A stretch of 64,000 bases of DNA, from contig CAYJVC010000003.1 in the NCBI GenBank assembly GCA_964373505.1, forward strand, positions 11,336 to 75,335. The letters are read 5' to 3'. A program made the translations under genes and the position numbers. The stretch is from an uncultured Planctomycetia bacterium (GTDB lineage Bacteria; Omnitrophota; Gorgyraeia; 2-02-FULL-51-18). Each line of letters starts with the position of its first letter. Positions within the stretch are counted from its first letter, which is position 1. Positions 55,592 through 64,000 of the stretch are shown here, in pieces. The notes below the pieces were generated by a model. The model worked only from the letters and a program-made list of their open reading frames with translations. It had not been told where the DNA came from and did no database searches.

Positions 55592-56992
55592 CTATTTTTT
55601 CTGAACGGCCTCTTCAAGCTTACCCCCCTCTGAATCCTTGTCGCCCCATTCGCCCAACACGCGCTGGATAAAATCCGTGTACATCTGGCCGCGGCGGAAA
55701 ACAGGGTTCTTCAGTATTTCCTTATGAAGAGGGATCGTCGTTTTAATGGGTTCGATGATAAATTCATCGAGCGCGCGCTGCATCATGCTGATCGCCTCGC
55801 CGCGGTTCCGGCCGTGAGACATGAGTTTCCCGATCATCGAATCGTAATGCGGTAACACCGTGTAACCGGCGTACACATGGCTGTCGAGCCGGATCCCGGG
55901 ACCGCCCGGCGCGTTGTAGCGCTCTATTTTCCCCGGCGACGGGATAAATTGATTGGAGGGATCTTCCGCGTTGATGCGGCATTCGATCGCGTGTCCTTTG
56001 AGCGGGATCTTATCCTGCCGGGTGATCGTGAGCTTCTCGCCGGAGGCGATACGGATCTGCTCTTTCACGATATCGATCCCGGTCACCAGTTCGCTGATCC
56101 CGTGCTCAACCTGTATACGCGTGTTCATCTCCAGAAAATAAAACTTGCCGTCCGTGTCAAGCAAGAATTCCACGGTGCCCGCGTTCACGTAATTCACCGA
56201 GCGTGCCACCTTCACGGCCACGTCACCCATCTTCTTTCGGAGCTTCCAATCCACCGACGGCGAAGGCGCCTCTTCCAGAAGTTTTTGGTGGCGTCTTTGG
56301 ATCGTGCATTCCCTTTCATAAAGGTGAAGGATGTGCCCATAGGAGTCCGCAAGGATTTGGATCTCGATGTGCTTTGGTTTTTCGATATATTTTTCGATAT
56401 AAACGGAAGAATTGCCGAACGCGGCCTCCGCCTCATGCTGCGCGGTCATGATGGAGCTGACAAGGCGTACTTCATTGTGACAGACACGCATGCCGCGCCC
56501 GCCGCCGCCGGCGGCCGCCTTGATGATCACGGGGTATTTAATGCGTTTGGCGACTTTCAGCGCCGCCTCTTTGTCCTTGATGGGTTCCTGAGCGCCGGGG
56601 ACGATCGGCACGCCGACTTTCCGGACCGTCTCGCGAGCCGCCATCTTGTCGCCCATCGAGCGGATGGCCTGCGGACCGGGGCCGATGAACTTGATCTGAC
56701 AGGACTCGCAGATCTCGGCAAAATGAGCGTTTTCGGACAGAAAACCGTAACCCGGATGGATGGCATCTACATCGGTGATCTCGGCCGCACTTATGATCGC
56801 GGGAATATTGAGGTAGCTTTGGGACACCACGGCGCCGCCGATGCACACGGCCTCATCGGCCAGGTGCACGTGGGGCGAGTTCGCGTCCGGTTCTGAGTAA
56901 ACCGCGACGGTCCGCACCCCCATCTCTTTGCAGGCGCGGATCACTCTTAAAGCGATTTCGCCGCGGTTGGCGACCAGGATCTTTGAAAACAT
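55592..56992 (-). CDS. accC: Acetyl-CoA carboxylase biotin carboxylase subunit
   Basis: [18 protein letters not shown]-terminus, ATP-grasp domain and biotin carboxylase C-terminal domain. Confidence 0.9.
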   Translation of the reverse strand: MFSKILVANRGEIALRVIRACKEMGVRTVAVYSEPDANSPHVHLADEAVCIGGAVVSQSYLNIPAIISAAEITDVDAIHPGYGFLSENAHFAEICESCQIKFIGPGPQAIRSMGDKMAARETVRKVGVPIVPGAQEPIKDKEAALKVAKRIKYPVIIKAAAGGGGRGMRVCHNEVRLVSSIMTAQHEAEAAFGNSSVYIEKYIEKPKHIEIQILADSYGHILHLYERECTIQRRHQKLLEEAPSPSVDWKLRKKMGDVAVKVARSVNYVNAGTVEFLLDTDGKFYFLEMNTRIQVEHGISELVTGIDIVKEQIRIASGEKLTITRQDKIPLKGHAIECRINAEDPSNQFIPSPGKIERYNAPGGPGIRLDSHVYAGYTVLPHYDSMIGKLMSHGRNRGEAISMMQRALDEFIIEPIKTTIPLHKEILKNPVFRRGQMYTDFIQRVLGEWGDKDSEGGKLEEAVQKK

Positions 56993-57010
56993 CAGGGAAC
57001 CCTTGCGGAA

Positions 57011-57469
57011 CTACTCAAGAGAGAATAGAGGTTGGCCGAATTCCACCGGGTCGCCGTTATTGACGAGCACTTCCACGACCTTGCCTTTGATCTCCGATTT
57101 TATTTCATTCATGAGCTTCATGGCCTCGATGACGCAAACCACTTGCCCGGTCTCCACCGCTGACCCGACCTGCACGAACACAGGCGCATCGGGAGCAGGC
57201 GCCGCGTAAAAAGTGCCGACCATCGGGGACTTGATGAGGTTTCGCGCGGGCGGGGTCGGGGACTTAGCGGCTTCTTGAGCCTGGGCCTTGTCCCGCGCGG
57301 AGGGTTCAAGCGCTTTGGGCGGACGATCCTCCGACAGGATGGATTGTTCGATAAAACCCGCCTGGTTTTTTTTGAGACGGATCTTGACGCCGTCCTCTTC
57401 GAGGTCCAACTCCGTGAGATTATTCTCGTTCATGAGCTGGATCATTTCCTTGATCTCTTTTAAATTCAC
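57011..57469 (-). CDS. accB: Biotin carboxyl carrier protein
   Basis: Biotinyl domain EAMKLMNEI (AMKM). GTG start at 57469 within the family-1 arm. Confidence 0.85.
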   Translation of the reverse strand: MNLKEIKEMIQLMNENNLTELDLEEDGVKIRLKKNQAGFIEQSILSEDRPPKALEPSARDKAQAQEAAKSPTPPARNLIKSPMVGTFYAAPAPDAPVFVQVGSAVETGQVVCVIEAMKLMNEIKSEIKGKVVEVLVNNGDPVEFGQPLFSLE

Positions 57470-57551
57470 CCCATCCCCTCCTTTTGAGATGGCGGAGCCA
57501 TCTCAGCGCTAAGCGCTAAAATTAAAAATTTCAAAGGAGGGGATGGGGTCA
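57466..57551 (-). repeat. Family-1 intercistronic palindromic element E4 (TCACCCCATCCCCTCCTT ... AAGGAGGGGATGGGGTCA)
   Basis: Perfect 18-bp arms. Internal hairpins GAGATGGCGGAGCCATCTC and AGCGCTAAGCGCT, plus an AAAATTAAAAATTT module. Sits between the efp stop and the accB GTG start. Confidence 0.65.
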
Positions 57552-57559
57552 TGGAATGT

Positions 57560-58117
57560 TCAGGCCCTTTCCAGGTACTGGCCGGTGCGTGTGTCTACGC
57601 GGATCTTGTCGCCCGTGCCTACGAACAGAGGCACTTTGACCGTGGCGCCGGTTTCAACTTTCGCGGGCTTAGTGCCGCTTTTGGCCGTGTCCCCCCGGAC
57701 TCCCGGTTCGGTTTCCTTGACTTCCAGGACCACCGAGGAGGGCAGTTCGACCAATAAAAGCGCTTCGCCGTTGAAACGGCCGACAGCCTCTGAATCGTCC
57801 TTTAAGAAAGCGACACTTTCTCCCAGAAGCGAGGCGTCGACGACGATCTCATGATAACTCTCGTTGTCCATGAAGTGGTAATGCTTGCCTTCACGGTACA
57901 AGTATTGGATCGGGCGGTTCTCAAGGTAGATCTCTTCAAACTTGTCGCCGGACCGAAACGCCTGCTCCAATACGTTGCCGGTCTTGATATTGCGCAGCTT
58001 GGTGCGCACAATGGGCTGGCGCTGCTGCATCTTGACAAGCTGAAAATCCAAGATTTCGCAGAGCGCGTTGTCAAACTTGATCACGACTCCGGACCTGAAT
58101 TCACTTGTCGAGATCAC
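57560..58117 (-). CDS. efp: Elongation factor P
   Basis: N-terminus [28 protein letters not shown] with the KPGKG-like loop region. Confidence 0.9.
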   Translation of the reverse strand: MISTSEFRSGVVIKFDNALCEILDFQLVKMQQRQPIVRTKLRNIKTGNVLEQAFRSGDKFEEIYLENRPIQYLYREGKHYHFMDNESYHEIVVDASLLGESVAFLKDDSEAVGRFNGEALLLVELPSSVVLEVKETEPGVRGDTAKSGTKPAKVETGATVKVPLFVGTGDKIRVDTRTGQYLERA

Positions 58118-59159
58118 GTGTCAACACCTCATGCCCGTTCTTAGTGATAAGCACCATGTCCTCTATCCGCACTCCGAATTTGCCCGGCAGATAAATACCG
58201 GGCTCCACCGTGATCACCATTCCGGGCTCCAGAATGGTTTCGCTCCTTGAAGACACCGTGGGAGCCTCGTGGACCTCAAGTCCCACCCCGTGCCCCGTGC
58301 CATGGCCGAAATAGCGCCCGTAACCGCTCTTTTCGATGGCCTTCCGGCAGGCGGCATCCACTTCCTTGGCCGACACGCCCGGGCCCGCTTTTTGAATGCC
58401 CAGGCGCTGGGCATTCCAGACGATCCTATATATTTTTCGCAATAAACTGTTCATTTTACCTAAAAAAATAGGGCGGGTCAAATCCGAATAATAACCTTCA
58501 TACACCACACCCATGTCGACCAGCAAAATGCCATTGTCCTTGATCGGGGTCTGGTTTGTCTGGCAGTGCGGCATGGAGGATCGGGCGCCTGCGGCAATAA
58601 TAATGTCAAATGCCGGTTTTTCGGACCCCAAGGATTTGGTATAAAATTCGAGCCTCCCCTGCACTTCGCGCTCTGTCATTCCCGCTCGCGCTATGGTTTT
58701 CACGTAATGGAACCCCTTCACGGCTATCTCAACTGATTTACGGATCTGGTGGATCTCAAAGGCGTCTTTTTTCTCTCTTAATTTCTCAACGATCCCCTGT
58801 GTAGGCTTAAGCCTGTCGCGGCCTACCTTGCGACTAAGCAGCTCATAAAAACTATGGCTCACGATCGCAGACTCAAAACCCACAGCGTCCAGCCGGTGTT
58901 TCCTCGAAAGCTCAGCCACCATTTCGGAAACACCCCGCTTGTCTCTCAAAAGCACTTTGAAACCCTTGGTCTCCTCTTTAGCCTGTTCGGCATAGCGCGA
59001 ATCGGTAATAAAATAGAGCCCCTTGGGCGAAACAAAAAGCCAGGACTCGGTGCCCTTGAAACCGCTCAAGTAAGTCACGTTCGGCCAGGAGCTCACGAGA
59101 AGCGAATCCAGTGAATGCTTCCTCAGGCGCTTGAAAAGATCGCGGATCCTCGAGTTCAC
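58101..59159 (-). CDS. Xaa-Pro aminopeptidase (M24 family)
   Basis: M24 metal ligands (D, D, H, E, E) in a pita-bread fold ([13 protein letters not shown]). Confidence 0.8.
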   Translation of the reverse strand: MNSRIRDLFKRLRKHSLDSLLVSSWPNVTYLSGFKGTESWLFVSPKGLYFITDSRYAEQAKEETKGFKVLLRDKRGVSEMVAELSRKHRLDAVGFESAIVSHSFYELLSRKVGRDRLKPTQGIVEKLREKKDAFEIHQIRKSVEIAVKGFHYVKTIARAGMTEREVQGRLEFYTKSLGSEKPAFDIIIAAGARSSMPHCQTNQTPIKDNGILLVDMGVVYEGYYSDLTRPIFLGKMNSLLRKIYRIVWNAQRLGIQKAGPGVSAKEVDAACRKAIEKSGYGRYFGHGTGHGVGLEVHEAPTVSSRSETILEPGMVITVEPGIYLPGKFGVRIEDMVLITKNGHEVLTRDLDK

Positions 59160-59620
59160 CCCGCCCTCCGCTTCCCGGTCTTTCGGCCTTCGACGATCCC
59201 AAGCGCAGCCATGAGCCCGAGCTCGTAGCTTTTCTGGCCGAATCCCGAGATCTGGCCCACTGCCACCGGCGCCACCAGCGACTCGTGCCTGAAGGCCTCA
59301 CGGCTGTATATATTGGAAAGGTGCACTTCTACCGTCGGTACTTCCACGGCCGAGATCGCGTCCCGTATCGCGACCGAAGTGTGTGTATAGGCGGCCGGGT
59401 TTATCACGATCGCATCGAACACGCCTTTCGCATCGCCTATTTTGGATACAATTTCGCCTTCGTGGTTGGATTGAAAGAACTCTACCTTCGCGCCGCGCGC
59501 CGCCGCGAGCTTCGTCAAAGACTCATTGATCTTTTTTATCGTGACACTTCCGTAAACTTCGGGTTCCCGCTTACCCAAGAGATTTAGGTTAGGCCCGTGA
59601 ATGACAAGTATTTTTTTCAT
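59156..59620 (-). CDS. aroQ: 3-dehydroquinate dehydratase, type II
   Basis: N-terminus [24 protein letters not shown] and HLSNI motif. Confidence 0.9.
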   Translation of the reverse strand: MKKILVIHGPNLNLLGKREPEVYGSVTIKKINESLTKLAAARGAKVEFFQSNHEGEIVSKIGDAKGVFDAIVINPAAYTHTSVAIRDAISAVEVPTVEVHLSNIYSREAFRHESLVAPVAVGQISGFGQKSYELGLMAALGIVEGRKTGKRRAG

Positions 59621-59639
59621 GCAGACTCCCTTGAAATGA

Positions 59640-60608
59640 TCACAACACCACTTGACCCGGTTTGCGCCTAAAACTCACGTGGTACTTGCGGCCCAACGCG
59701 TACACGACGCCGCCGATAATGCTCATCAAAAATAAGACCGCAAGCCACAGGACACCCAGCGCCGCTGCGTTGTGCGCGCCTATATGGGGCGCCAGGAAAT
59801 ACACGTACGCGCCTTCGCGTATCCCCAAGCCGTTGAGCGACGGCAGCATGCTGATGAGATGCACGACGGGCACCAAAAGATAAAAATAAATGACCGAGCT
59901 CTTGGCGCCGAGCGCGACCGCCATGAGATACAGCGCCCAAATACTCACGGCCTGACCGATGAGCGACAAAAGAATTGCCTGAGCCACGACCGCCTTGTGA
60001 TTTTTAAAATTGTGAAGCCCATTATAAATTTTCCTGAGCTTTTCCCCCCAATGAAAACGGTTCAAGACTCGCTCAATAAACCCGAAGCGGCGGGCGACGC
60101 TCCGGTTAAAGATGAGAAAAAAACTGAACAGCGCCATGCCCAGAAATGAGTAGATCACGACCGGGACGGCCGGGTTCTCAATGTTCTTCAGAAAGAAAAT
60201 AAAAGTCACGCTCGGGATGGCGATGAATGTAAAAAGGCCGAATAGTCTGTCCATCAGCACGGAAGTCACGGACTTCATGGGGTGACTGGTGATGCGGGCC
60301 GCGCACATGGCTTTCACAATGTCCCCTCCCACCGATGTCGGCAAAAAATTATTAAAGAAGTAGCCTATGAACGTAAGGTTCAGCGACTCCCTAAGGCGCA
60401 TGGGAATATCTTCCGCGATGAAAATAAGTTGAAGGCGTCGGGCCAAAATGACGATCGTGGCCAAGAACACGGCAACGGACAACCCCAGGAGATTCCGGTC
60501 AACCCCTTTAAGCGCCGCGAGTATCTGAGGCAGGCTGCCGCGCATCAGATAGAACAGGAGAAAAAGAAAACCGATACTGACCCCGGTTCTCAGCAGAAAA
60601 CTTTTCAC
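59640..60608 (-). CDS. UPF0104 / MprF-flippase-domain-like integral membrane protein
   Basis: Eight hydrophobic helices. GTG start at 60608 within the family-1 arm. Confidence 0.6.
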   Translation of the reverse strand: MKSFLLRTGVSIGFLFLLFYLMRGSLPQILAALKGVDRNLLGLSVAVFLATIVILARRLQLIFIAEDIPMRLRESLNLTFIGYFFNNFLPTSVGGDIVKAMCAARITSHPMKSVTSVLMDRLFGLFTFIAIPSVTFIFFLKNIENPAVPVVIYSFLGMALFSFFLIFNRSVARRFGFIERVLNRFHWGEKLRKIYNGLHNFKNHKAVVAQAILLSLIGQAVSIWALYLMAVALGAKSSVIYFYLLVPVVHLISMLPSLNGLGIREGAYVYFLAPHIGAHNAAALGVLWLAVLFLMSIIGGVVYALGRKYHVSFRRKPGQVVL

Positions 60609-60720
60609 CCCATCCCCTCCTTCCGCGCCGTTTCGGCACCCATCATCCGGGAAACGGCGCTTGGATCCGCCAAAGGCGGATCCATTGATTCTTCGAACAA
60701 ATAAGGAGGGGATGGGGTCA
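60605..60720 (-). repeat. Family-1 intercistronic palindromic element E5 (TCACCCCATCCCCTCCTT ... AAGGAGGGGATGGGGTCA)
   Basis: Perfect 18-bp arms. Internal hairpins CCGTTTC...GAAACGG and GGATCCGCCAAAGGCGGATCC. Confidence 0.65.
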
Positions 60721-60766
60721 TAAGTTAGTCATTATAACAAACTTACAAAAAATCTTCTTCTATTTT

Positions 60767-61765
60767 TTAGACGGATTGCCTGTTCAGGATATCGGCGGCG
60801 GTCTCGGGCAGCGTGGGGTTGAGATAAAAACCGGTCCCCAGTTCAAATCCGGCCACGCGCGTCAGCTGCGGGATGATTTCCATGTGCCAATGATAACTCT
60901 CGAACTGCTTGGAGTGAAGCGGCGAGGTGTGAATCATGAAGTTGAATGAGGGGTCTTTGAGCGCTTTTTTAAGCTTGAGGAGCGTCACCTTCAGCACCTC
61001 GGCCAGCGCGTGCAGATCGGGATCCGGCGTTGTCTCAAAACCAGGCCCGTGTTCCTTCGGCAGAATGCACATCTCGAAAGGAAAACGTGAAGCGAAGGGG
61101 CAAAGCGAGATGAAGCCGCCGCTTTCAAACACGGTGAGCTTCTTTTCAGAACGTTCCTGGCTCAGGATGTCGCAATAAATGCATCGGTCCGACGCTTGGT
61201 AATAGGAAGCCGAGCCCTTCATTTCCCCGAGCACGCGCGAGGGCACGATCGGTAGGCCAATGAGTTGCGAATGCGGGTGCTCCAAGCTCGCGCCGGCCAA
61301 GGAGCCGTAATTTTTGAAAATGAGGACGTATTGGAAACGGGCGTCTTTCTTCAAGTCCACGCAGCGATCCCGGTAGGCCCTGAGCACCAGCTCCACCTGG
61401 TCCAGCGGCAGGCCCGAGAGCTGCTTGTCATGATCCGGATTCTCGATGATCACCTCATGCGCACCGAAACCCCCGACCTTTTCATAGAGGCCGCTGCCGG
61501 ATTTTTCCGTGGGCTCCTCGATCCGGAGCGCGGGGAATTTGTTCGGAACAACGCGCACGAGCCAGCTCGAGGAATTCTTTGCGCCGCCGCGGCGCCCGTA
61601 AGCGGCGATCTCCGGAGGCGTCATTATTTCATTGCCCGGACAAAAGGGACAAATCTTGGTGGATTTGGGGTCGGCCTTCACGTAGAAAGCTTCGGGCCTT
61701 TTCGGTTTCTCGGCATTCACGATAATCCAGCGACTCGTGATGGGATCCTTCCGAAGCTGCGGCAT
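60767..61765 (-). CDS. Galactose-1-phosphate uridylyltransferase-like (GalT/HIT superfamily) protein, copy 1
   Basis: CPFCPGNE Zn motif and HPHSQ catalytic motif. Start taken at MPQLRKDPITSRWIIV, which overlaps the upstream paralog's stop as TAATG. Confidence 0.7.
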   Translation of the reverse strand: MPQLRKDPITSRWIIVNAEKPKRPEAFYVKADPKSTKICPFCPGNEIMTPPEIAAYGRRGGAKNSSSWLVRVVPNKFPALRIEEPTEKSGSGLYEKVGGFGAHEVIIENPDHDKQLSGLPLDQVELVLRAYRDRCVDLKKDARFQYVLIFKNYGSLAGASLEHPHSQLIGLPIVPSRVLGEMKGSASYYQASDRCIYCDILSQERSEKKLTVFESGGFISLCPFASRFPFEMCILPKEHGPGFETTPDPDLHALAEVLKVTLLKLKKALKDPSFNFMIHTSPLHSKQFESYHWHMEIIPQLTRVAGFELGTGFYLNPTLPETAADILNRQSV

Positions 61766-62808
61766 TACCATACCTCCCCGGGGATCTCGACTTCCTTCAG
61801 CAGGTAAGCCGCATCCTCCGGCGGCGTGGGATTGATGTAAATGCCCGTTCCCCATTCAAAACCCGCGTCGTGCGTCAAACGCGGCGAGATCTGAAAGTAC
61901 CAGTGGTAATCTTCCTCGAGGGTCTTCCAGTAGATCGTCTTCTTTTTGTGACGGTAGGGAGCCGTGTGAAGGATAAAATTATACGGGGGGTCGTTCAAAA
62001 GAGTTTTGACTCGGACCAAACACTCTTTCAAAACAGCGGCAAACGCGGGAAACTGGCCGGCGTTCAGCTTTCCGAAATCGGCGCAGTGAGTTTTCGGTAG
62101 GATCCAGATCTCGAATGGAGAACGGGACGCGAACGGACAAAAAGCCAGGAACGCGTCGTTCTCCGAGACGATCCTTGACCGATCCCGCTGCTCCTGTCTC
62201 AACACATCGCAAAAAACACAGCGTTCCCTTCTTTCAAAATAATTTTTAGCGGCTTGAAGCTCTTCTTTCACGCGTTTTGGGGTGATCGGCGTCGCGATGA
62301 GCTGCGAGCGCGAGTGCCGGATCACGTCGTTCGCGGAACCCGAGATCAGTCCGTGATTTTTGAATAAAAGCGCGTACTTGAGCCGAGGGTCCTTCTCAAG
62401 CGCGTTGATCCGATTCACGTAGACCTGGATCACTTTTTCGATCTCCACCACGCCGAGCTCGTCGAGATCGTGCTTGTGTTTTGGGCTTTCGATGATCAGC
62501 TCGTGCGTTCCCACGCCCTCCATGACGTCATAGATCCCCTGGCCGTAACGGTCGAAGGGCTGGTCGAGCGATAAGATCGGAAGCTTGCTCGGAATGGCCC
62601 GTACGGACCAGCCCGGACCGTTGGGCGACGAACCCGGCTCGCGGACCGCCATGACCTCTCCGGGAGTTTCGCGCTCTTTTCCCTCGCAAAAGGGGCACGC
62701 GCGTATTTCGCTGATTTCGCCTCTCCTGAACTCCGTCGGACGCCTCGAGCGTTCCGTCGAAATGATCGTCCAATACCCCACGACGGGATCGCGTCTAAGC
62801 TCCGGCAT
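61765..62808 (-). CDS. GalT-like protein, copy 2 (degenerate HxHxQ: RHSRSQ)
   Basis: CPFCEGKE motif. Paralogous to copy 1 (MPELRRDPVVGYWTII against MPQLRKDPITSRWIIV). Confidence 0.65.
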   Translation of the reverse strand: MPELRRDPVVGYWTIISTERSRRPTEFRRGEISEIRACPFCEGKERETPGEVMAVREPGSSPNGPGWSVRAIPSKLPILSLDQPFDRYGQGIYDVMEGVGTHELIIESPKHKHDLDELGVVEIEKVIQVYVNRINALEKDPRLKYALLFKNHGLISGSANDVIRHSRSQLIATPITPKRVKEELQAAKNYFERRERCVFCDVLRQEQRDRSRIVSENDAFLAFCPFASRSPFEIWILPKTHCADFGKLNAGQFPAFAAVLKECLVRVKTLLNDPPYNFILHTAPYRHKKKTIYWKTLEEDYHWYFQISPRLTHDAGFEWGTGIYINPTPPEDAAYLLKEVEIPGEVW

Positions 62809-63949
62809 TGGGAACTCCGTGCCCGTCCAGAAAATGTAGAAGGTCCGCGGGCGTGATCGTGCCCACCACCTTGCCGTTCTTGTCCTGTAAAATAAGGACC
62901 TCGCACTTTGTTTCTTTGAATTTTTTCACGACATCCGCGACCGTCGCGTCTTTCAAGATCACCGAGAAGTCTTTTTTCGCGATCTCGGCGATCGGGCGGT
63001 CAAGCTCTTTCACGGTCAGATTCGGCACCGCAAGTTTTTCAAGCTTGCGGACATTGATGAGCCGGCGGTTGATAAACTCATAAAATTGGGTCGAGAGGAT
63101 GCGTTTGAAACTGACCGGCAACAACGCCACCGGGCGCCCCTCGATGAAATCCAGATGCGTTCGAAAGGCGCACGACTGCGAGCGCTGGTCCAGCGACAAA
63201 AGATAGCGGAGCGAACTGTCGGGTACCATGAATTCCTCCGCCTCGGGGATCGACGACAGCGATACAAGCTCATAGACGTCCTCCATAGAGATGCTGAGAT
63301 CCTTGAAACCGCGCGCGATCTGAAAAGAAAGGCTGCCGTCCTGGTCCTTATAAACGGGCGCGTATTTTTCGAGCGTGTCGATGGCGTCCGCCAGGAACAC
63401 TCCGAGTGCCACGTCCGCATTGTAAAGAATACCGGCCATCACGAAAGCCGCATCGTCCGATTGGCCGGGTCCGAGCCGATAGCGGATGTAGAAATAACGC
63501 TGGGTGCGGGGATCCAAGATCCCTTCCGGCGCGACGATCAGCCCGTGTTTTTTGTAATCGTCGATCTCGTGTTCGTGCGCTTCGTGAGCGAGGATCTCGC
63601 CGTCCAGGCCCATGTCCAGCATAGTCTTGACATCGATGATGTAACAGCGGCCGCCGCCTATCTTCGTCTGATAGAGCCGCTCGGCTTCTTTGCGGATGTC
63701 CGGGTTGTCCCTCAGACCTCCGAGGTAAAGACCCCTCAAGACGTCCCTTGCATTCACGCGCCGGTCCTTGAAGATGGGGATCCCGAGGATCGGGTTCCCC
63801 TCGCGGTTTACGAGCTTTTCTCTTTTTTCGCTGTCCATCGCGGAGAGCGCGAAGTCGATGACGTCGTCAATGAGGGTCTGGCGACGCGCCTGGATATCCT
63901 GCGGGTCGCGTTTAAGCGCCTTCACGACATCATCGACGGTTGTATTCAC
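62795..63949 (-). CDS. Hypothetical protein with a C-terminal CBS domain
   Basis: CBS-like C-terminus (VLILQDKNGKVVGTITPADLLHFL). GTG start at 63949. A probable terminator hairpin of the next upstream gene lies at 63957-63990. Confidence 0.45.
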   Translation of the reverse strand: MNTTVDDVVKALKRDPQDIQARRQTLIDDVIDFALSAMDSEKREKLVNREGNPILGIPIFKDRRVNARDVLRGLYLGGLRDNPDIRKEAERLYQTKIGGGRCYIIDVKTMLDMGLDGEILAHEAHEHEIDDYKKHGLIVAPEGILDPRTQRYFYIRYRLGPGQSDDAAFVMAGILYNADVALGVFLADAIDTLEKYAPVYKDQDGSLSFQIARGFKDLSISMEDVYELVSLSSIPEAEEFMVPDSSLRYLLSLDQRSQSCAFRTHLDFIEGRPVALLPVSFKRILSTQFYEFINRRLINVRKLEKLAVPNLTVKELDRPIAEIAKKDFSVILKDATVADVVKKFKETKCEVLILQDKNGKVVGTITPADLLHFLDGHGVPNAGA

Positions 63950-64000
63950 ATAGTTTCGTTTGTTAAAAACGCCGGCGCCGTTGTGGGCGCGGCCTTCGAG

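Noticed and set aside
55877-56896. 339-aa + strand ORF (and similar 120-180 aa antisense ORFs at 35343-35897, 36643-37026, 33452-33997 and 18560-19222)
   Set aside because: They lie entirely inside well-supported - strand genes (accC, 3-hydroxyacyl-CoA dehydrogenase, thiolase, acyl-CoA ligase, porin). The Arg/Gly/Asp/His-rich translations are typical of the antisense frame of GC-rich coding DNA.
1-64000. CRISPR arrays, rRNA genes, intact IS elements or prophage genes
   Set aside because: There are no regularly spaced direct repeats, no transposase or integrase ORFs, and no 16S/23S/5S-like sequence. The only mobile-element evidence is the tRNA att scar and the miniature palindromic families.

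Overview
This 64 kb window is a bacterial chromosomal segment of roughly 55-60% GC. Coding density is high, with frequent 1-4 nt stop/start overlaps (ATGA, GTGA, TAATG), many GTG starts and a strong AAGGAGG-type ribosome-binding-site preference. No database search or folding calculation could be run; all calls below rest on reading the sequence and on recognised family motifs.

Content from left to right:
- 1-9.6 kb, + strand: a respiratory cluster made of a HEAT-repeat protein, a Rieske Fe-S protein, a split cytochrome b (b6-like half plus subunit-IV-like half), a 938-aa octaheme c-type cytochrome with a long N-terminal coiled coil, a cupredoxin-like protein, heme A synthase, heme O synthase, a small membrane protein and a 2x[4Fe-4S] ferredoxin.
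- About 10-17.5 kb: a divergent gshB/gshA pair, an ABC-2 exporter, a HAD hydrolase, SuhB, a hotdog thioesterase, a 59-aa tautomerase not in the ORF track, an ACT protein, an SNase-like nuclease and cspA.
- 17.6-64 kb, almost entirely - strand: central metabolism and housekeeping genes (nadE, queD/folE, sucCD, mdh, accBC, efp, aroB, aroQ, pfkA, gmhA/rfaE, thiE, pepP). Among them sit a six-gene lipid-catabolism operon headed by a cNMP-binding/ParA-like/patatin phospholipase, three tandem PilZ genes with a fourth elsewhere, a GAF/HD-GYP phosphodiesterase and YajQ (c-di-GMP signalling), an ExeA-like ATPase with a GspB-like protein and a TIGR04073 exosortase-associated protein, a PF01637-type ATPase next to a dGTPase, and tRNA-Gly(CCC) with duplicated 3'-end fragments that look like an integration scar.

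The feature I find most interesting is an undescribed family of intercistronic palindromic elements (seven copies, consensus arms TGACCCCATCCCCTCCTT ... AAGGAGGGGATGGGGTGA). Each copy fills the spacer between two co-directional genes exactly. The stop codon TGA of the upstream gene and the Shine-Dalgarno sequence plus GTG start of the downstream gene lie inside, or at most 9 nt (efp) to 46 nt (galT-like) beyond, the two complementary arms. A second, unrelated palindromic repeat family (core GTGGACGAGTCCAC) occurs three times. No CRISPR arrays, rRNA genes or intact mobile elements were seen.
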